NCBI GenBank assembly: GCA_038046645.1
Contig: JBBSVU010000016.1
Coordinates: 11,998 to 75,997 of the forward strand
Reading direction: 5' to 3'
Source: an archaeon
GTDB lineage: Archaea > Iainarchaeota > Iainarchaeia > Iainarchaeales > 0-14-0-20-34-12
Length of the DNA stretch: 64,000 bases
Shown: piece by piece, positions 38,599 to 48,473 of the stretch
Numbering within the stretch: the first letter of the stretch is position 1
Layout of the letters: every line of letters starts with the position of its first letter
Made by a program: the position numbers and the translations under genes
The notes under the pieces: model-generated
Databases searched by the model: none
The model's input: the letters and a program-made list of their open reading frames with translations, nothing else
Told to the model about the DNA's origin: nothing

Positions 38599-39979
38599 TT
38601 AAAATCACCATTGTGTTTGTTTTCTGCACATTTTCCATGCTTCTTATTTTATCCACAAGCAGGTTCAATTTCCTTACAGAATCGGTTTTTGCATGCAGGC
38701 ATAAATCGTATTCTCCAGCTATTTCTAAGCAGTTTGTTATCTCAGGGTGCTTTGCAAATCCATTTTTCAAATCATTGATATAGCCGTCATGGTTTGCAGT
38801 TACAAATACCAATGCCTGTGCGTTCCTCGTATTCTCGCGTGATATTCCCAAAACATTCTCAATTATTTTTATTACATCAAACTCTGTGCAGAATTTCCTG
38901 TTCCTATTTTTTATTTGTGATATTATTTCCTTTATCTGCGCATCATTTGCTTTATGCCCTAGCTTTGAAGTAAAATGCTTCACTGCAGCAGTCCCTGCAA
39001 ATTTGTCCACGAGTATTGCCCTTTCCCTCCCAAATTCTTCAGGCCTTAGGAATTCATAAGTAAGTGGATTTTTCAATACTGCCGAAGTATGTACGCCTGC
39101 CTTGTGTGAAAATACATTTTTCCCAACAATCGGCTTGTGGTTCGCATTGAATATTCCAGAATATCTTTCAACCATTGCGCTTAATTCAGGAAGCATTTCT
39201 ATCTTCCAGCCATTTTTCACATTATAGATTTTTTTTAGGGAAACAGCCAATTCATCCAATGTAGTAATTCCCGCCCTTTCCCCCAGCCCATTTACCGTAA
39301 CATCAATCAAGGTTATTCCGGCTTCATATGCGGCAATTGCATTTGCGGTTGCTAACCCCAAATCATTATGGCAATGGATATGCAAAGGAAGTTTTGTTGA
39401 TTTTACCAGCCCTGAAACAAGTTCTGATGTTTTTCTTGGGGTTAAATTTCCTACAGTGTCTGCAATGCTCCCTCTTGTTGCACCAGCAGCCTTTGCAGTG
39501 TTATATACTTTTGTTAAAAAATTAATATCAGTTCTGCTTGCATCTTCCGCAGTAAACCTTATCTTCAGCCCATAATTTGAGGCATATTCAATGACTTCCG
39601 TAATTTTTTCAAGAGCTTTTGCCCTTGGCATGTTGAATTTGTATTTCAGGCTTATATCGGATGTGCCCCAAAAAAGGCCAATCCATTCTGTATTCATCTG
39701 TGCAACAAGGTCAATATTTTCCTTTGTTGCTAGGGAATGGCAAAGCAGCGGTGTTTTCAATCCAAGATTTGATACCTCTTTAATTGAGTTTTTTATGTCT
39801 TCGGAAACGCCAGGATTTCCTACCTCGATTATGTCAACACCAAATTTAGATAATGCAGTGGCAATTTTTATCCTTTCATCGCTGTTGAATGAGACGCCTG
39901 CTGTTTGTTCCCCTTCCCTTAGCGTGCTGTCCAATATTTCAACCATAAAACCACTTGCCAAATAGTGGCCCTCTACCAC
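38591..39979 (-). CDS. Homocitrate synthase with C-terminal RAM/Lrp-type regulatory domain (alternative start 39946)
   Basis: DSTLREGEQ, HCHNDLG, NGLGERAG, HKAGVH; C-terminal IAGEYDL..IRSMENVQKTNT. Confidence 0.88.
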   Translation of the reverse strand: MVEGHYLASGFMVEILDSTLREGEQTAGVSFNSDERIKIATALSKFGVDIIEVGNPGVSEDIKNSIKEVSNLGLKTPLLCHSLATKENIDLVAQMNTEWIGLFWGTSDISLKYKFNMPRAKALEKITEVIEYASNYGLKIRFTAEDASRTDINFLTKVYNTAKAAGATRGSIADTVGNLTPRKTSELVSGLVKSTKLPLHIHCHNDLGLATANAIAAYEAGITLIDVTVNGLGERAGITTLDELAVSLKKIYNVKNGWKIEMLPELSAMVERYSGIFNANHKPIVGKNVFSHKAGVHTSAVLKNPLTYEFLRPEEFGRERAILVDKFAGTAAVKHFTSKLGHKANDAQIKEIISQIKNRNRKFCTEFDVIKIIENVLGISRENTRNAQALVFVTANHDGYINDLKNGFAKHPEITNCLEIAGEYDLCLHAKTDSVRKLNLLVDKIRSMENVQKTNTMVILNG

Positions 39980-40386
39980 TTTTTGAGGACCATAATAGTG
40001 TCTGTTGCCTTTATCTCTTTTTTTGCCCTTAATTCATCAATAAATGAGTTCATTTCATCGATTGCCTGGAATGAGCAAATTAATACGGCATCGAATTCAC
40101 CCGAAGTTTCAAATAGCTCATTAATCTCAGATAATTGTTTTAATCTGGGATAAAACTCAGTTGCATTTATTTGTGGTTCAACCTTTATGCTTACCAAGCA
40201 TCTGATTTTATTATCATCGCGCAGGACTGCAGTATAGCCACGAATGTATTCCTTTTCAAGGTTCTTTATCCTGTATCTCACAGCAGATTCTGACAAGCCA
40301 AGTCCTTTAGCTATTTCAGTATTTGTTATTCTTGCATTCTTGGTCAAAAGCCCTATTATTTTGCGATTTAGTTCATCCATAATCAT
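39973..40386 (-). CDS. Lrp/AsnC regulator heading the lys operon (LysM-like)
   Basis: NARITNTEIAKGLGLSESAVRYRI, SGEFD. Confidence 0.9.
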   Translation of the reverse strand: MIMDELNRKIIGLLTKNARITNTEIAKGLGLSESAVRYRIKNLEKEYIRGYTAVLRDDNKIRCLVSIKVEPQINATEFYPRLKQLSEINELFETSGEFDAVLICSFQAIDEMNSFIDELRAKKEIKATDTIMVLKKW

Positions 40387-40519
40387 AATATTAACGAAAG
40401 TATTTAAATATTTAACTATATTTAGCGAATATCGCAGTATGGGATTGCGAATCCGTTTAATTTTGAGTTAAAAATAACCAAAAAATAAGCCTCTTTTTAG
40501 AGTATCTTCTATTTTTTAT

Positions 40520-41161
40520 TTATCTTAGCCTTGCCCTTACAAATCGTTTAAGCTCAGCTGCAAAAGGCCTTGCTTCTTTTTTTGGCCTTGTTAATTCTTC
40601 AGGGATGCTTACTCCTGGAACAACTTTTATTCTCCTTGCATTCCTTGCCTGTTGTGAAACCCTGAATAGCTTGCCCAGCTCCCCAAAATAACTCTCCCTA
40701 CCATTTAGCTTTTTTGCGACATGTATGCTAAATGGTAGTTTTTCCAGTATATCCTCAGACCCAGGGCTGGAAAATAACGAGGTTAAATGCGGTTTTGACC
40801 CAAGCTCACTTAATGCAGTATGGAATGCTTCCATAGTTCTACCCCCTATAATTGATTCATCAAATAGCATTACTTTCCCTTTTAATTTTTTATCCAGCCC
40901 TCTTTTTATCATGTGTTCTTTTATGAGCTCTGAAAGAGGCTTGTAGGTTACAGCTTTCCATACATGCCCTACTGACACATAAGAAGGATCTCTTTCTCTA
41001 GGGTATTTTTTGCCCCAAATTATTCTAAATAGCTAATAATACGGGCCAGCTTCTGCCCCGCCAAGGACAATTGTATCTATTCTATTCGCATGGGCATAGT
41101 CCACAAGATTTTCAACAGCTTCATAAATAGCCTGTTTTGCTTCTCTGCTTAGCTTGCTCAT
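40520..41161 (-). pseudogene. PRTase-fold-like protein interrupted by one in-frame TAG (41033-41035)
   Basis: The frame from ATG 41161 continues through a single TAG into the 152-aa ORF; VMLFDESIIGGRTM resembles a PRPP-binding loop. Confidence 0.6.
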
Positions 41162-41778
41162 AAAATCTCAGTCTTTCCTTTATATTTCTTTTTGAATTCT
41201 TCCCCATTTTTTTCTGCCCCAGCAATTCCTGCATTGTAATGCATTGGAATTGCAATCTTTGGTTTTATTATTTCTGCAGCTTTTGCAGCTTCCCCTGCAT
41301 TCATTGTGTATGTCCCAGAAACCGGGAGAAAAGCAATATCAATTTTTCCTGCTAATTCCTTCATTTCAGGGATTAAATCTGTGTCGCCTGCATGATAAAT
41401 TTTAATTCCATCAATTTCTATTACAATTCCAATTCCTAGCCCTTTTGGGTGGAATTTTTTGCCGATATTATATGCCTCAACCGCTTGAATCTTAACCTCA
41501 GAGCCATTTAACCTTTGCCCTACTTTAATTTCTTTACCTTCACCCAACTTTTTTATTACTCCGCTAGGGCCAATTATTACAGTTTCATCCTTTCTTATTT
41601 TTTGAATATCTTGTGCAGAGCAATGGTCAAAATGTTCGTGTGTGCAGATTATAATGTCTGCCCTGTCATTGCCATTTTCAATTTTGAAAGGGTCGATATA
41701 AATGATTTTCTTTTTTATTTTTATTTTTACTGTATCATGCTTCAATAATTCGATTTCAAGATTTTCATATCTCATCAA
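41158..41778 (-). CDS. Metallo-beta-lactamase fold hydrolase
   Basis: IYIDPF, THEHFDH, YHAGDT, IPMHY. Confidence 0.9.
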   Translation of the reverse strand: MMRYENLEIELLKHDTVKIKIKKKIIYIDPFKIENGNDRADIIICTHEHFDHCSAQDIQKIRKDETVIIGPSGVIKKLGEGKEIKVGQRLNGSEVKIQAVEAYNIGKKFHPKGLGIGIVIEIDGIKIYHAGDTDLIPEMKELAGKIDIAFLPVSGTYTMNAGEAAKAAEIIKPKIAIPMHYNAGIAGAEKNGEEFKKKYKGKTEIL

Positions 41779-41944
41779 ATTCCCTCAAATGCAATTTTGT
41801 ATACTCCCAATTTTGTGTATTAATATCCTTTAGGATACATATTCAATAACCTAATCCATTATTAATATATTTCCGCAAAATAGTATGTATTCCATAAATA
41901 TATAAAAATATAAAATGAAATAACCAAATCCTGCAGGGATTTTT

Positions 41945-44900
41945 ATGAAAAAACTTTTGATTATCTGCATTTTGATGCTTTTTCCTTTAATTTCGGCTGA
42001 GCTAGGGGTTTTTGCCGAAAATACTTCAACAGCATCCAATGTTTCTGGATATACTTTAATAATTAAGGGCCTGAATTTAGGGGATTTACCAAAAGATAAT
42101 TCTACTTATGAATATAATTTCTATGAAAGCGTTATGGAACGTTTGGTAAAAGGTGCAGAAGGCAAAGAGGCAGCAATATGTGTTCCACATCTTTCCTGTG
42201 AAACTAAGCCTTGCACAATGAAACAAAGATGTGATAATAGGCTGTATGCTGTAGGTTTGGCAAAAAAAGAAATTAGTTCACACAAAACTATTTTTAATGC
42301 AATAAATGCTAAAAAAGGTTCATTGCAGCCTTATTTGAAGCATGATGCTTCTTCATTCATAGCTGCGGTTGTAAGAAATGAATCCTATTTTGACCCGAAT
42401 AATCATTCAGATAGAGGAGATACCTCCTGCGGATTGATGCAGGTTTCAATAGGTTATTATTGCCCAGAACGGCAGAAGCAGGGAAAGAAGTGTGCTGGCT
42501 GCAACTGCAAGGATCCAGAAATTGCAAAGGATTGCTGGAAAGGCTGGAATGACCCAGAAGAAAATCTTGATGTTGGAATTAATACTGCTTTGCTGACTTG
42601 GGCTAAATCAGCAGAAAGCAAACCAGGGTGTGAAAAAGTCCTTGATTCTTACATTGCAGGGCTTGAAGATTATAAGATTACGTTAAGGGAAGTGATGATG
42701 GCTGCAGGCCATAATTGGGGCGGAGCCTTTATAACAAAATGTATTGTAGATGAGCCACAGAAAACAATTACCTTGATTTCAGACAAACTTTCTAGTGGCA
42801 GAAAATTAGCCTATGCTGGAAAATTGCAATATCCTGCAGGCATAATAAGTTCAACTATATTATATCAGCTTGCAATGGCAGGCCTTGAATTCAATGCAGA
42901 AAAAATGGATGAAAAGCCGGCAAATTTATTCTGTTCCGGTTTTGACAATGCAGAAACCGGTGCATTGGCATATAAAAAATATGGTTTTGACCGCATATTA
43001 TGGGATTGGGACTTTGAAAATATTACTTCAAATACCTGTGAAAATAAATTCTGCGATGCAACCCAATTTTTATTAAGCATGCTTGCAAAGGACGAATATG
43101 TGTCACAGGCTTTGAAAAAAATCCCCTCTGAACATATTAAAGGCATTCTGCAGGCAGAGCCTGATTTAGAAAATGCAACAATGCTGAGTGATTTACTGCC
43201 CATAACTAAAGAAACAGTTTTAGTTAAGGATAATGCATTGGGTGCTGATAAAACACAAATTTATTTCCTTTCAGAAAACAGTTTGCTTGTTCCAAGCAAT
43301 GATTGTAATGTTCAAATATCTGACCCTAAAAATGGTTTGGTTAAAGAGCCATTTGAGGTAGCATCTGATTACCTAAGATCTTGTTTAACCCTAGACAAAG
43401 TGCGTTCTTTTGATGAATCAGTTTATCTGGCAAACACGGTTAAAGGTAAGGATATAAAATTAGGTTCATGTTCACTTGCTGAAAGGCTTGGTTCCCTCCA
43501 GTATTCTGCAAAAAAATGCGGCAATAATGAAAATGATATTCTGATTCTTGTCAGGCCAAATGCAAATGACAATCCTGTTTTCAGCAAGCTTGTTGATTCC
43601 GGCGTATTCAATAGCATTTCAAGGAAGACTTCAGTTGTAGCTTATGTTTTTACCTTGCCTGAACTCGAGCTACTAATTTTCAATCTGTCAAATGCCTTAA
43701 AAAATAAAGATTGTGAAAATCCCAATCTTTTTGGCACAACAATAGAGCTTTCAGTAAATGCAAAGGATTGTTTCCAAGAGAAAGAACTGTTGATTAGTGA
43801 TTTCTTTACTGCTTTGCAGACAAACATTACAGGCATTCAAAGGGCAGTTAGATATGATGCCGCAGAACTTATGTTAGATAGCCAAGGCAATGCCCTTAAA
43901 AAATACATTGCAGAAAATGCTTCAAACCTTGCATTTTTAGGTACAGAAATAATCCCAAGTAGCAAGGTTTTTCTCATTGGCGATAATTTTACTTCAGAGG
44001 ATTTCCTTTCAGATTTTGAATTAGCCTATCCTTCTTATGATTTGAACAGATATAAAATAATCAATGAAAATGCTGATTCAGCATCAGGCCAAGGTCCGGT
44101 ATCAGGCCAATCTGTTGATTCAACATTGAATCAATTAGAATCAGGGCAATATTCTGCCAGCATTGATTTGCCTGTTAAAATAAAAGATAATTCAGTAGTT
44201 GAGCCTGATGCAGTATCTTTTAAAGAAATCAATTTTGCTCTCGAAAAAACACTGGCTCAAATTGATACTGGCAATGGGAATGAATCTGCCTATGCTTCAA
44301 ACCCTTTCCTGAAACTAGCATTTGATGGCATGCTCGGGATAGGCAAGGGGAATAAAAGGGAAGGCTATGGAACATCCAGCAAAGGTTCACTCACGCTTAC
44401 TGAATTATATTCAACTCCTGAAATAATTTCAACATCTGGATTTGCGGTTTCTTCAGAGGATAATCCTGATGCAGATTTAAGTGACATACTGTCAGGAAAG
44501 AAAATATTTTCTTTGGAACAGGAAGGCTCTAATTATAATATTTCTTTTATTGAACAAATACCCACATTGTTTTCATTGGATACAAATGTTTCACAAACAA
44601 TTGCATTAAGATTTTTGGAAGATTCTTCTGTATTTGAAAAACCGCTTAGCTTGAATTTTTTAACGCCAAAAGGCACATCCATAACCCCAACTATTGGAAT
44701 CCCAAATAAATATTCCTACTGCGGCAATGTGCAGGGCAATGTTTACCTTATGCCAACAAAAACTGTTGGTAAATATCAAACAATGTTTTATATTCCTACA
44801 CAACAGTCAGCATCTTTGCCAAATAAGGTTGAGATAACTTGCGCAAGGGATAAAATAAAATTAAGCACTTACTCCTTGGGAAGCCCTTTGGCTGCTGAGC

Positions 44901-45877
44901 AGAAAGCATTATCTGCAAGCCCGCAAGCAGGTACAATTAATTTAATCACCGCCAGCCCGCAAAAAATTTCCAGCCTTTTAAATTATTTTGATATGATTAA
45001 ACAAAAGAAAACGTGCTTTGTTCCATCTGCTACTGGTTTTGCTTTGGTTTGGAATTCTGAACAAATAATGGTTGAGATTGCAAATGCTTTCAAAAATGAT
45101 GTTCAGTTAGCACAAGAATCTGCAACTGGTTCTGAAGCTTATCAGGAAAATATTTGTGATAGTTCAGGCAATTGCTGGTCATCTTATGTTCCAGGCATTA
45201 TTGAAGTTGATTGTGCTGATGGTGTTGGACCTGACTGCATTTTAACTCTTAATGAAATGCTTAAAAATTGTCCAACAGCTGAAGAAATCGAACAATTTAA
45301 TTCAGATTTTGAAATAACTTCAGATATTCCTTTTGAAGAATATGCCTGCGAGAATGGCAAGAACCCAAAATATTTTGGTGTTGGGTTAGATTCACATTTA
45401 GTTCTCTATCAAATGTTGAGTTTAATGAACTATTTGGAATTCTCTAAGCCCTTGCCTTGGACAGATAAACAATTATATTACTGGTTCAGGGATAGCGTAG
45501 AAAATATTCACCTAGATAGCTCAACTGAGTATCCCTTCTATTTTGATGATTCGATTCATTTTAGATTATCTGATATGGGGAGAAAATGGAATGGCCAATG
45601 GATAGATGAACAACTAGATGGAGGTATGGCAAACTTAATTATACTGGCAGCCCATGAGGCAAGGCATGCCCAAAAAAATCATACCTGTGATTTTTTATCA
45701 GAAGTAAATAATTATATTCGTGATTTATCTTTGGGAGAGTTAGGTTCTTGGGGCGTACAATATTATCTCGAGAAATGGATGGCAGATTATTTATCTGAAA
45801 ATCTGCAAACCTATGGTGCTAGAAAAAGTTTGGAATACCGTGCAAAGGATATTCTAAAAACAAGGTTTTGTGGCTGA
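41945..45877 (+). CDS. 1310-aa secreted protein: SLT domain + 'DRILWDW/CDATQF' domain + C-terminal HExxH region
   Basis: Signal peptide; AAVVRNESYFDPN, CGLMQV, NLDVG, AGHNWG; LFCSGFDNAETGALAYKKYGFDRILWDW; AAHEARHAQ. Confidence 0.85.
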   Translation: MKKLLIICILMLFPLISAELGVFAENTSTASNVSGYTLIIKGLNLGDLPKDNSTYEYNFYESVMERLVKGAEGKEAAICVPHLSCETKPCTMKQRCDNRLYAVGLAKKEISSHKTIFNAINAKKGSLQPYLKHDASSFIAAVVRNESYFDPNNHSDRGDTSCGLMQVSIGYYCPERQKQGKKCAGCNCKDPEIAKDCWKGWNDPEENLDVGINTALLTWAKSAESKPGCEKVLDSYIAGLEDYKITLREVMMAAGHNWGGAFITKCIVDEPQKTITLISDKLSSGRKLAYAGKLQYPAGIISSTILYQLAMAGLEFNAEKMDEKPANLFCSGFDNAETGALAYKKYGFDRILWDWDFENITSNTCENKFCDATQFLLSMLAKDEYVSQALKKIPSEHIKGILQAEPDLENATMLSDLLPITKETVLVKDNALGADKTQIYFLSENSLLVPSNDCNVQISDPKNGLVKEPFEVASDYLRSCLTLDKVRSFDESVYLANTVKGKDIKLGSCSLAERLGSLQYSAKKCGNNENDILILVRPNANDNPVFSKLVDSGVFNSISRKTSVVAYVFTLPELELLIFNLSNALKNKDCENPNLFGTTIELSVNAKDCFQEKELLISDFFTALQTNITGIQRAVRYDAAELMLDSQGNALKKYIAENASNLAFLGTEIIPSSKVFLIGDNFTSEDFLSDFELAYPSYDLNRYKIINENADSASGQGPVSGQSVDSTLNQLESGQYSASIDLPVKIKDNSVVEPDAVSFKEINFALEKTLAQIDTGNGNESAYASNPFLKLAFDGMLGIGKGNKREGYGTSSKGSLTLTELYSTPEIISTSGFAVSSEDNPDADLSDILSGKKIFSLEQEGSNYNISFIEQIPTLFSLDTNVSQTIALRFLEDSSVFEKPLSLNFLTPKGTSITPTIGIPNKYSYCGNVQGNVYLMPTKTVGKYQTMFYIPTQQSASLPNKVEITCARDKIKLSTYSLGSPLAAEQKALSASPQAGTINLITASPQKISSLLNYFDMIKQKKTCFVPSATGFALVWNSEQIMVEIANAFKNDVQLAQESATGSEAYQENICDSSGNCWSSYVPGIIEVDCADGVGPDCILTLNEMLKNCPTAEEIEQFNSDFEITSDIPFEEYACENGKNPKYFGVGLDSHLVLYQMLSLMNYLEFSKPLPWTDKQLYYWFRDSVENIHLDSSTEYPFYFDDSIHFRLSDMGRKWNGQWIDEQLDGGMANLIILAAHEARHAQKNHTCDFLSEVNNYIRDLSLGELGSWGVQYYLEKWMADYLSENLQTYGARKSLEYRAKDILKTRFCG

Positions 45878-45926
45878 TGTTTAGTTCTGCTGCTGGTTTT
45901 ATTAATATTTTTCCCCTAATTTTTTT

Positions 45927-46214
45927 ATGGCAGAGAAGAACCGAAAAGTTGATTCAGAAAAGAATTCCAAGCATTTGGAATTCCTTGCAGATGTAAATAC
46001 TAGAAATTTCCTTTTGAAAACCCCGACAGAGGAGCTTGAGATTATTCTGAAATATGTCCGGGATTTTGGTTTTACTGATGCAGAATTAAATAAAAACCCA
46101 AGGGTTCTTTACATTGCTGCATTAAACCTTGTAAACAAAAGCATTGATGAAATTAATCCTGCAGTAAACCAGAAGATGGTTAATTTGAGGAATAAAATAA
46201 GGAAAATGCAGTGA
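45927..46214 (+). CDS. Hypothetical protein
   Basis: 95 aa ORF with ATG after an AT-rich promoter. Confidence 0.6.
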   Translation: MAEKNRKVDSEKNSKHLEFLADVNTRNFLLKTPTEELEIILKYVRDFGFTDAELNKNPRVLYIAALNLVNKSIDEINPAVNQKMVNLRNKIRKMQ

Positions 46215-46340
46215 AAGAATAATGCATTCATGGCTAGTGCCTATTTTAGCCCTTTTGTAAAGACTTTTTAGAAAGTATGCTGTGCGTAAATAATATAAAC
46301 AACAACTGAATAATCTTATAGAATAATTTGAGGTGATTAA

Positions 46341-46535
46341 ATGCCTGCAGAACCAGCAAGAAAATATAGGCCAGTGCATCATCTGGAACCAAGAACACCG
46401 CATGATAGATTGGCAAGGTTAGGTGTTACTATGGAAGAAATGAATCAGAACCCTCTGCTTGTTAGATTTGCAAAGAATGCTTCATCAGTTGCATTAGCAA
46501 CTGCAGTAAATAGGATGCGCCAGAGACTTCATTAA
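46341..46535 (+). CDS. Hypothetical protein
   Basis: 64 aa; SD GAGGTGA upstream. Confidence 0.6.
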   Translation: MPAEPARKYRPVHHLEPRTPHDRLARLGVTMEEMNQNPLLVRFAKNASSVALATAVNRMRQRLH

Positions 46536-46601
46536 AATTAAACAAGTAAATTAAAAAGAAATGCCATAAAATGATTCTTTTAATAATTAATTTAATTGAC
46601 A

Positions 46602-46931
46602 CTAGGCAATAGTTATTTGTTCCTGTTTTTCTTCTTGCATATTTGAATAAGCTACACTTAATGCTAGATCTAATTCAATCATCTTTTTTACTGATTCAGA
46701 TTCTTTGTTGAGTGTGTATAAAGTAGCCCTTCCAATAGTTCTTGTTTTTTTTACTATTCCTAATTTTATAAAATTTTCCCAAAAAGAATCCAGCGTTATT
46801 CTTGAAATTCCAGTTTCCCTGGCAATGTCACTTTTGCTGTAATCAAATGTTCTATTTTCAATTAAAAAGTCCAATACTTTAATTACTGGGGAATTGCCCA
46901 TTGCTTTGATGAAAAGAGATTTTTTGTTCAT
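46602..46931 (-). CDS. Winged-helix DNA-binding protein
   Basis: KVLDFLIENRTFDYSKSDIARETGISR..TRTIGRATLY. Confidence 0.8.
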   Translation of the reverse strand: MNKKSLFIKAMGNSPVIKVLDFLIENRTFDYSKSDIARETGISRITLDSFWENFIKLGIVKKTRTIGRATLYTLNKESESVKKMIELDLALSVAYSNMQEEKQEQITIA

Positions 46932-46947
46932 TAATATAAATAATGTG

Positions 46948-47691
46948 CTATATCTCTATTAAATCCTTCTCTAAATATTTGTATATTTTTGCAACCATAT
47001 CTGAGAACCTTTTATCTGCCCTATCTCTTGGCTTTGGCAGATTTATTTCATACTGTTTGATTATCCTTGCAGGCCTTTGGCTCATAATAAGTATTTCATC
47101 GCTCAAATAGACAGCCTCATCTAAATCGTGTGTTACTAATAATGCGGTGCTATTTTCTTTTTCTATTAGTTCTAATAGTTTTCTCTGCAGTTTATGCCTT
47201 GTGATTGCATCCAATGACCCAAAAGGCTCATCCAGCAATAGGAGATTTGGCATATTTACAAGAGCCCTTGCCAACGCAGCTTTTTGGGCCATTCCTCCGG
47301 ACAATTGATGCGGAAAATTACCAGAAAAATCCCCTAATTCCAATAATTCCAGCAATTCATAAACAATATTTTTATTGTTTTTTTCTAGGCCAAAAGAGAT
47401 GTTTTCCTTAACCGACATCCAAGGCATCAATCTCGGCTCCTGAAAGATTATGCCGCATTCTTTTGTTGGAGAGTTTATCCCCCTTCCATTTAATTTAATT
47501 AGGCCCTCATAATCCTGATCCAGCCCAACAATTGCTTTCAGCAGCGTTGATTTCCCGCATCCGCTTGGTCCGATTATAGTTGTAAATTTATTCTTTTCAA
47601 TGATGAATGCCAAATTGCGAATGACTAAATTGTTTTTGCCAAATTGTTTTCTTTTTATGTTTACTTCTAATAGTCTTTTCAATTTATTCAC
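46948..47691 (-). CDS. ssuB: SsuB/TauB-type ABC ATPase
   Basis: GPSGCGKS, FQEPRLMPW, LSGGM, LLLDEPFGSLD. Confidence 0.85.
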   Translation of the reverse strand: MNKLKRLLEVNIKRKQFGKNNLVIRNLAFIIEKNKFTTIIGPSGCGKSTLLKAIVGLDQDYEGLIKLNGRGINSPTKECGIIFQEPRLMPWMSVKENISFGLEKNNKNIVYELLELLELGDFSGNFPHQLSGGMAQKAALARALVNMPNLLLLDEPFGSLDAITRHKLQRKLLELIEKENSTALLVTHDLDEAVYLSDEILIMSQRPARIIKQYEINLPKPRDRADKRFSDMVAKIYKYLEKDLIEI

Positions 47692-48466
47692 CTTGGAAAC
47701 TATTTCTCCATATTAATGCTCTTTTTTCAAACAATGCGAGCAATCTGTTTGTCAAAAATCCAAGAATGCCTATTGCAAGCATTCCTACAATCATGTCATC
47801 CGCCCTTGAAAAATTCCTTGAATCCCAGATAAGCCAACCAAGCCCTTTGGATGAAGCAATTAATTCAGAGGCAATCAATAAAATCCAAGCAAGGTCAAGC
47901 GCTACGCGCATCCCTATTATAATATTTGGAGTTGCTGCAGGCAAAATAACTTTGAATAGCAGGTTCTTCTTATTTTTATTGAATGCTTTTGCAACTTCAA
48001 CCAATTTTAGGTCTATTGCTCTGATCCCATGGAACGTATTTACATAAATCACCACAAAAACAGCGAACGTTATTAGTGCTATTTTTGATGCTTCACCAAT
48101 CCTGAAAACAATGATTATTAATGGAATCCAAGCGATTGGAGGTATAGGGGTTAAAAACTTCATAGTTGGTGAAACAAGTTTCTCTGCAGTTTTTGAAATT
48201 CCAACAACAATCCCTAATGCTATGCCTAATATTGTCCCAAGGCTGAATCCAAACACTAACCTATAAATGCTTATGGCTGAATGCTCTGTTAATTTTCCAT
48301 TAAATAATAATCTAAAGAAATCCGTTGCCACTTGCAAAGGGCTTGCTATTAATGTGCTTGGCACAAACCCAAGCCTGACAGAAGCCTCCCAAAAGAATAA
48401 GATTAACGCAGGTATGATTAGTCCAATGATTAAATTCTTGAATCTGCTTTGCTCCAAATTATTCAT
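47684..48466 (-). CDS. ssuC: SsuC/TauC-type ABC permease
   Basis: PIPPIAWIPL, EVAKAF, ASELIASSKGLG. Confidence 0.85.
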   Translation of the reverse strand: MNNLEQSRFKNLIIGLIIPALILFFWEASVRLGFVPSTLIASPLQVATDFFRLLFNGKLTEHSAISIYRLVFGFSLGTILGIALGIVVGISKTAEKLVSPTMKFLTPIPPIAWIPLIIIVFRIGEASKIALITFAVFVVIYVNTFHGIRAIDLKLVEVAKAFNKNKKNLLFKVILPAATPNIIIGMRVALDLAWILLIASELIASSKGLGWLIWDSRNFSRADDMIVGMLAIGILGFLTNRLLALFEKRALIWRNSFQGE

Positions 48467-48473
48467 TTTCTTG

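Noticed and set aside
35619..39979. Leucine biosynthesis (leuABCD)
   Set aside because: The genes are embedded with lysWXYZJK and the synthase has HKAGVH plus a RAM domain, so lysine is the better call; promiscuity is not excluded.
41033..41035. Genome-wide TAG recoding
   Set aside because: TAG terminates conserved genes at their expected ends (metH, lysK, nnrD).
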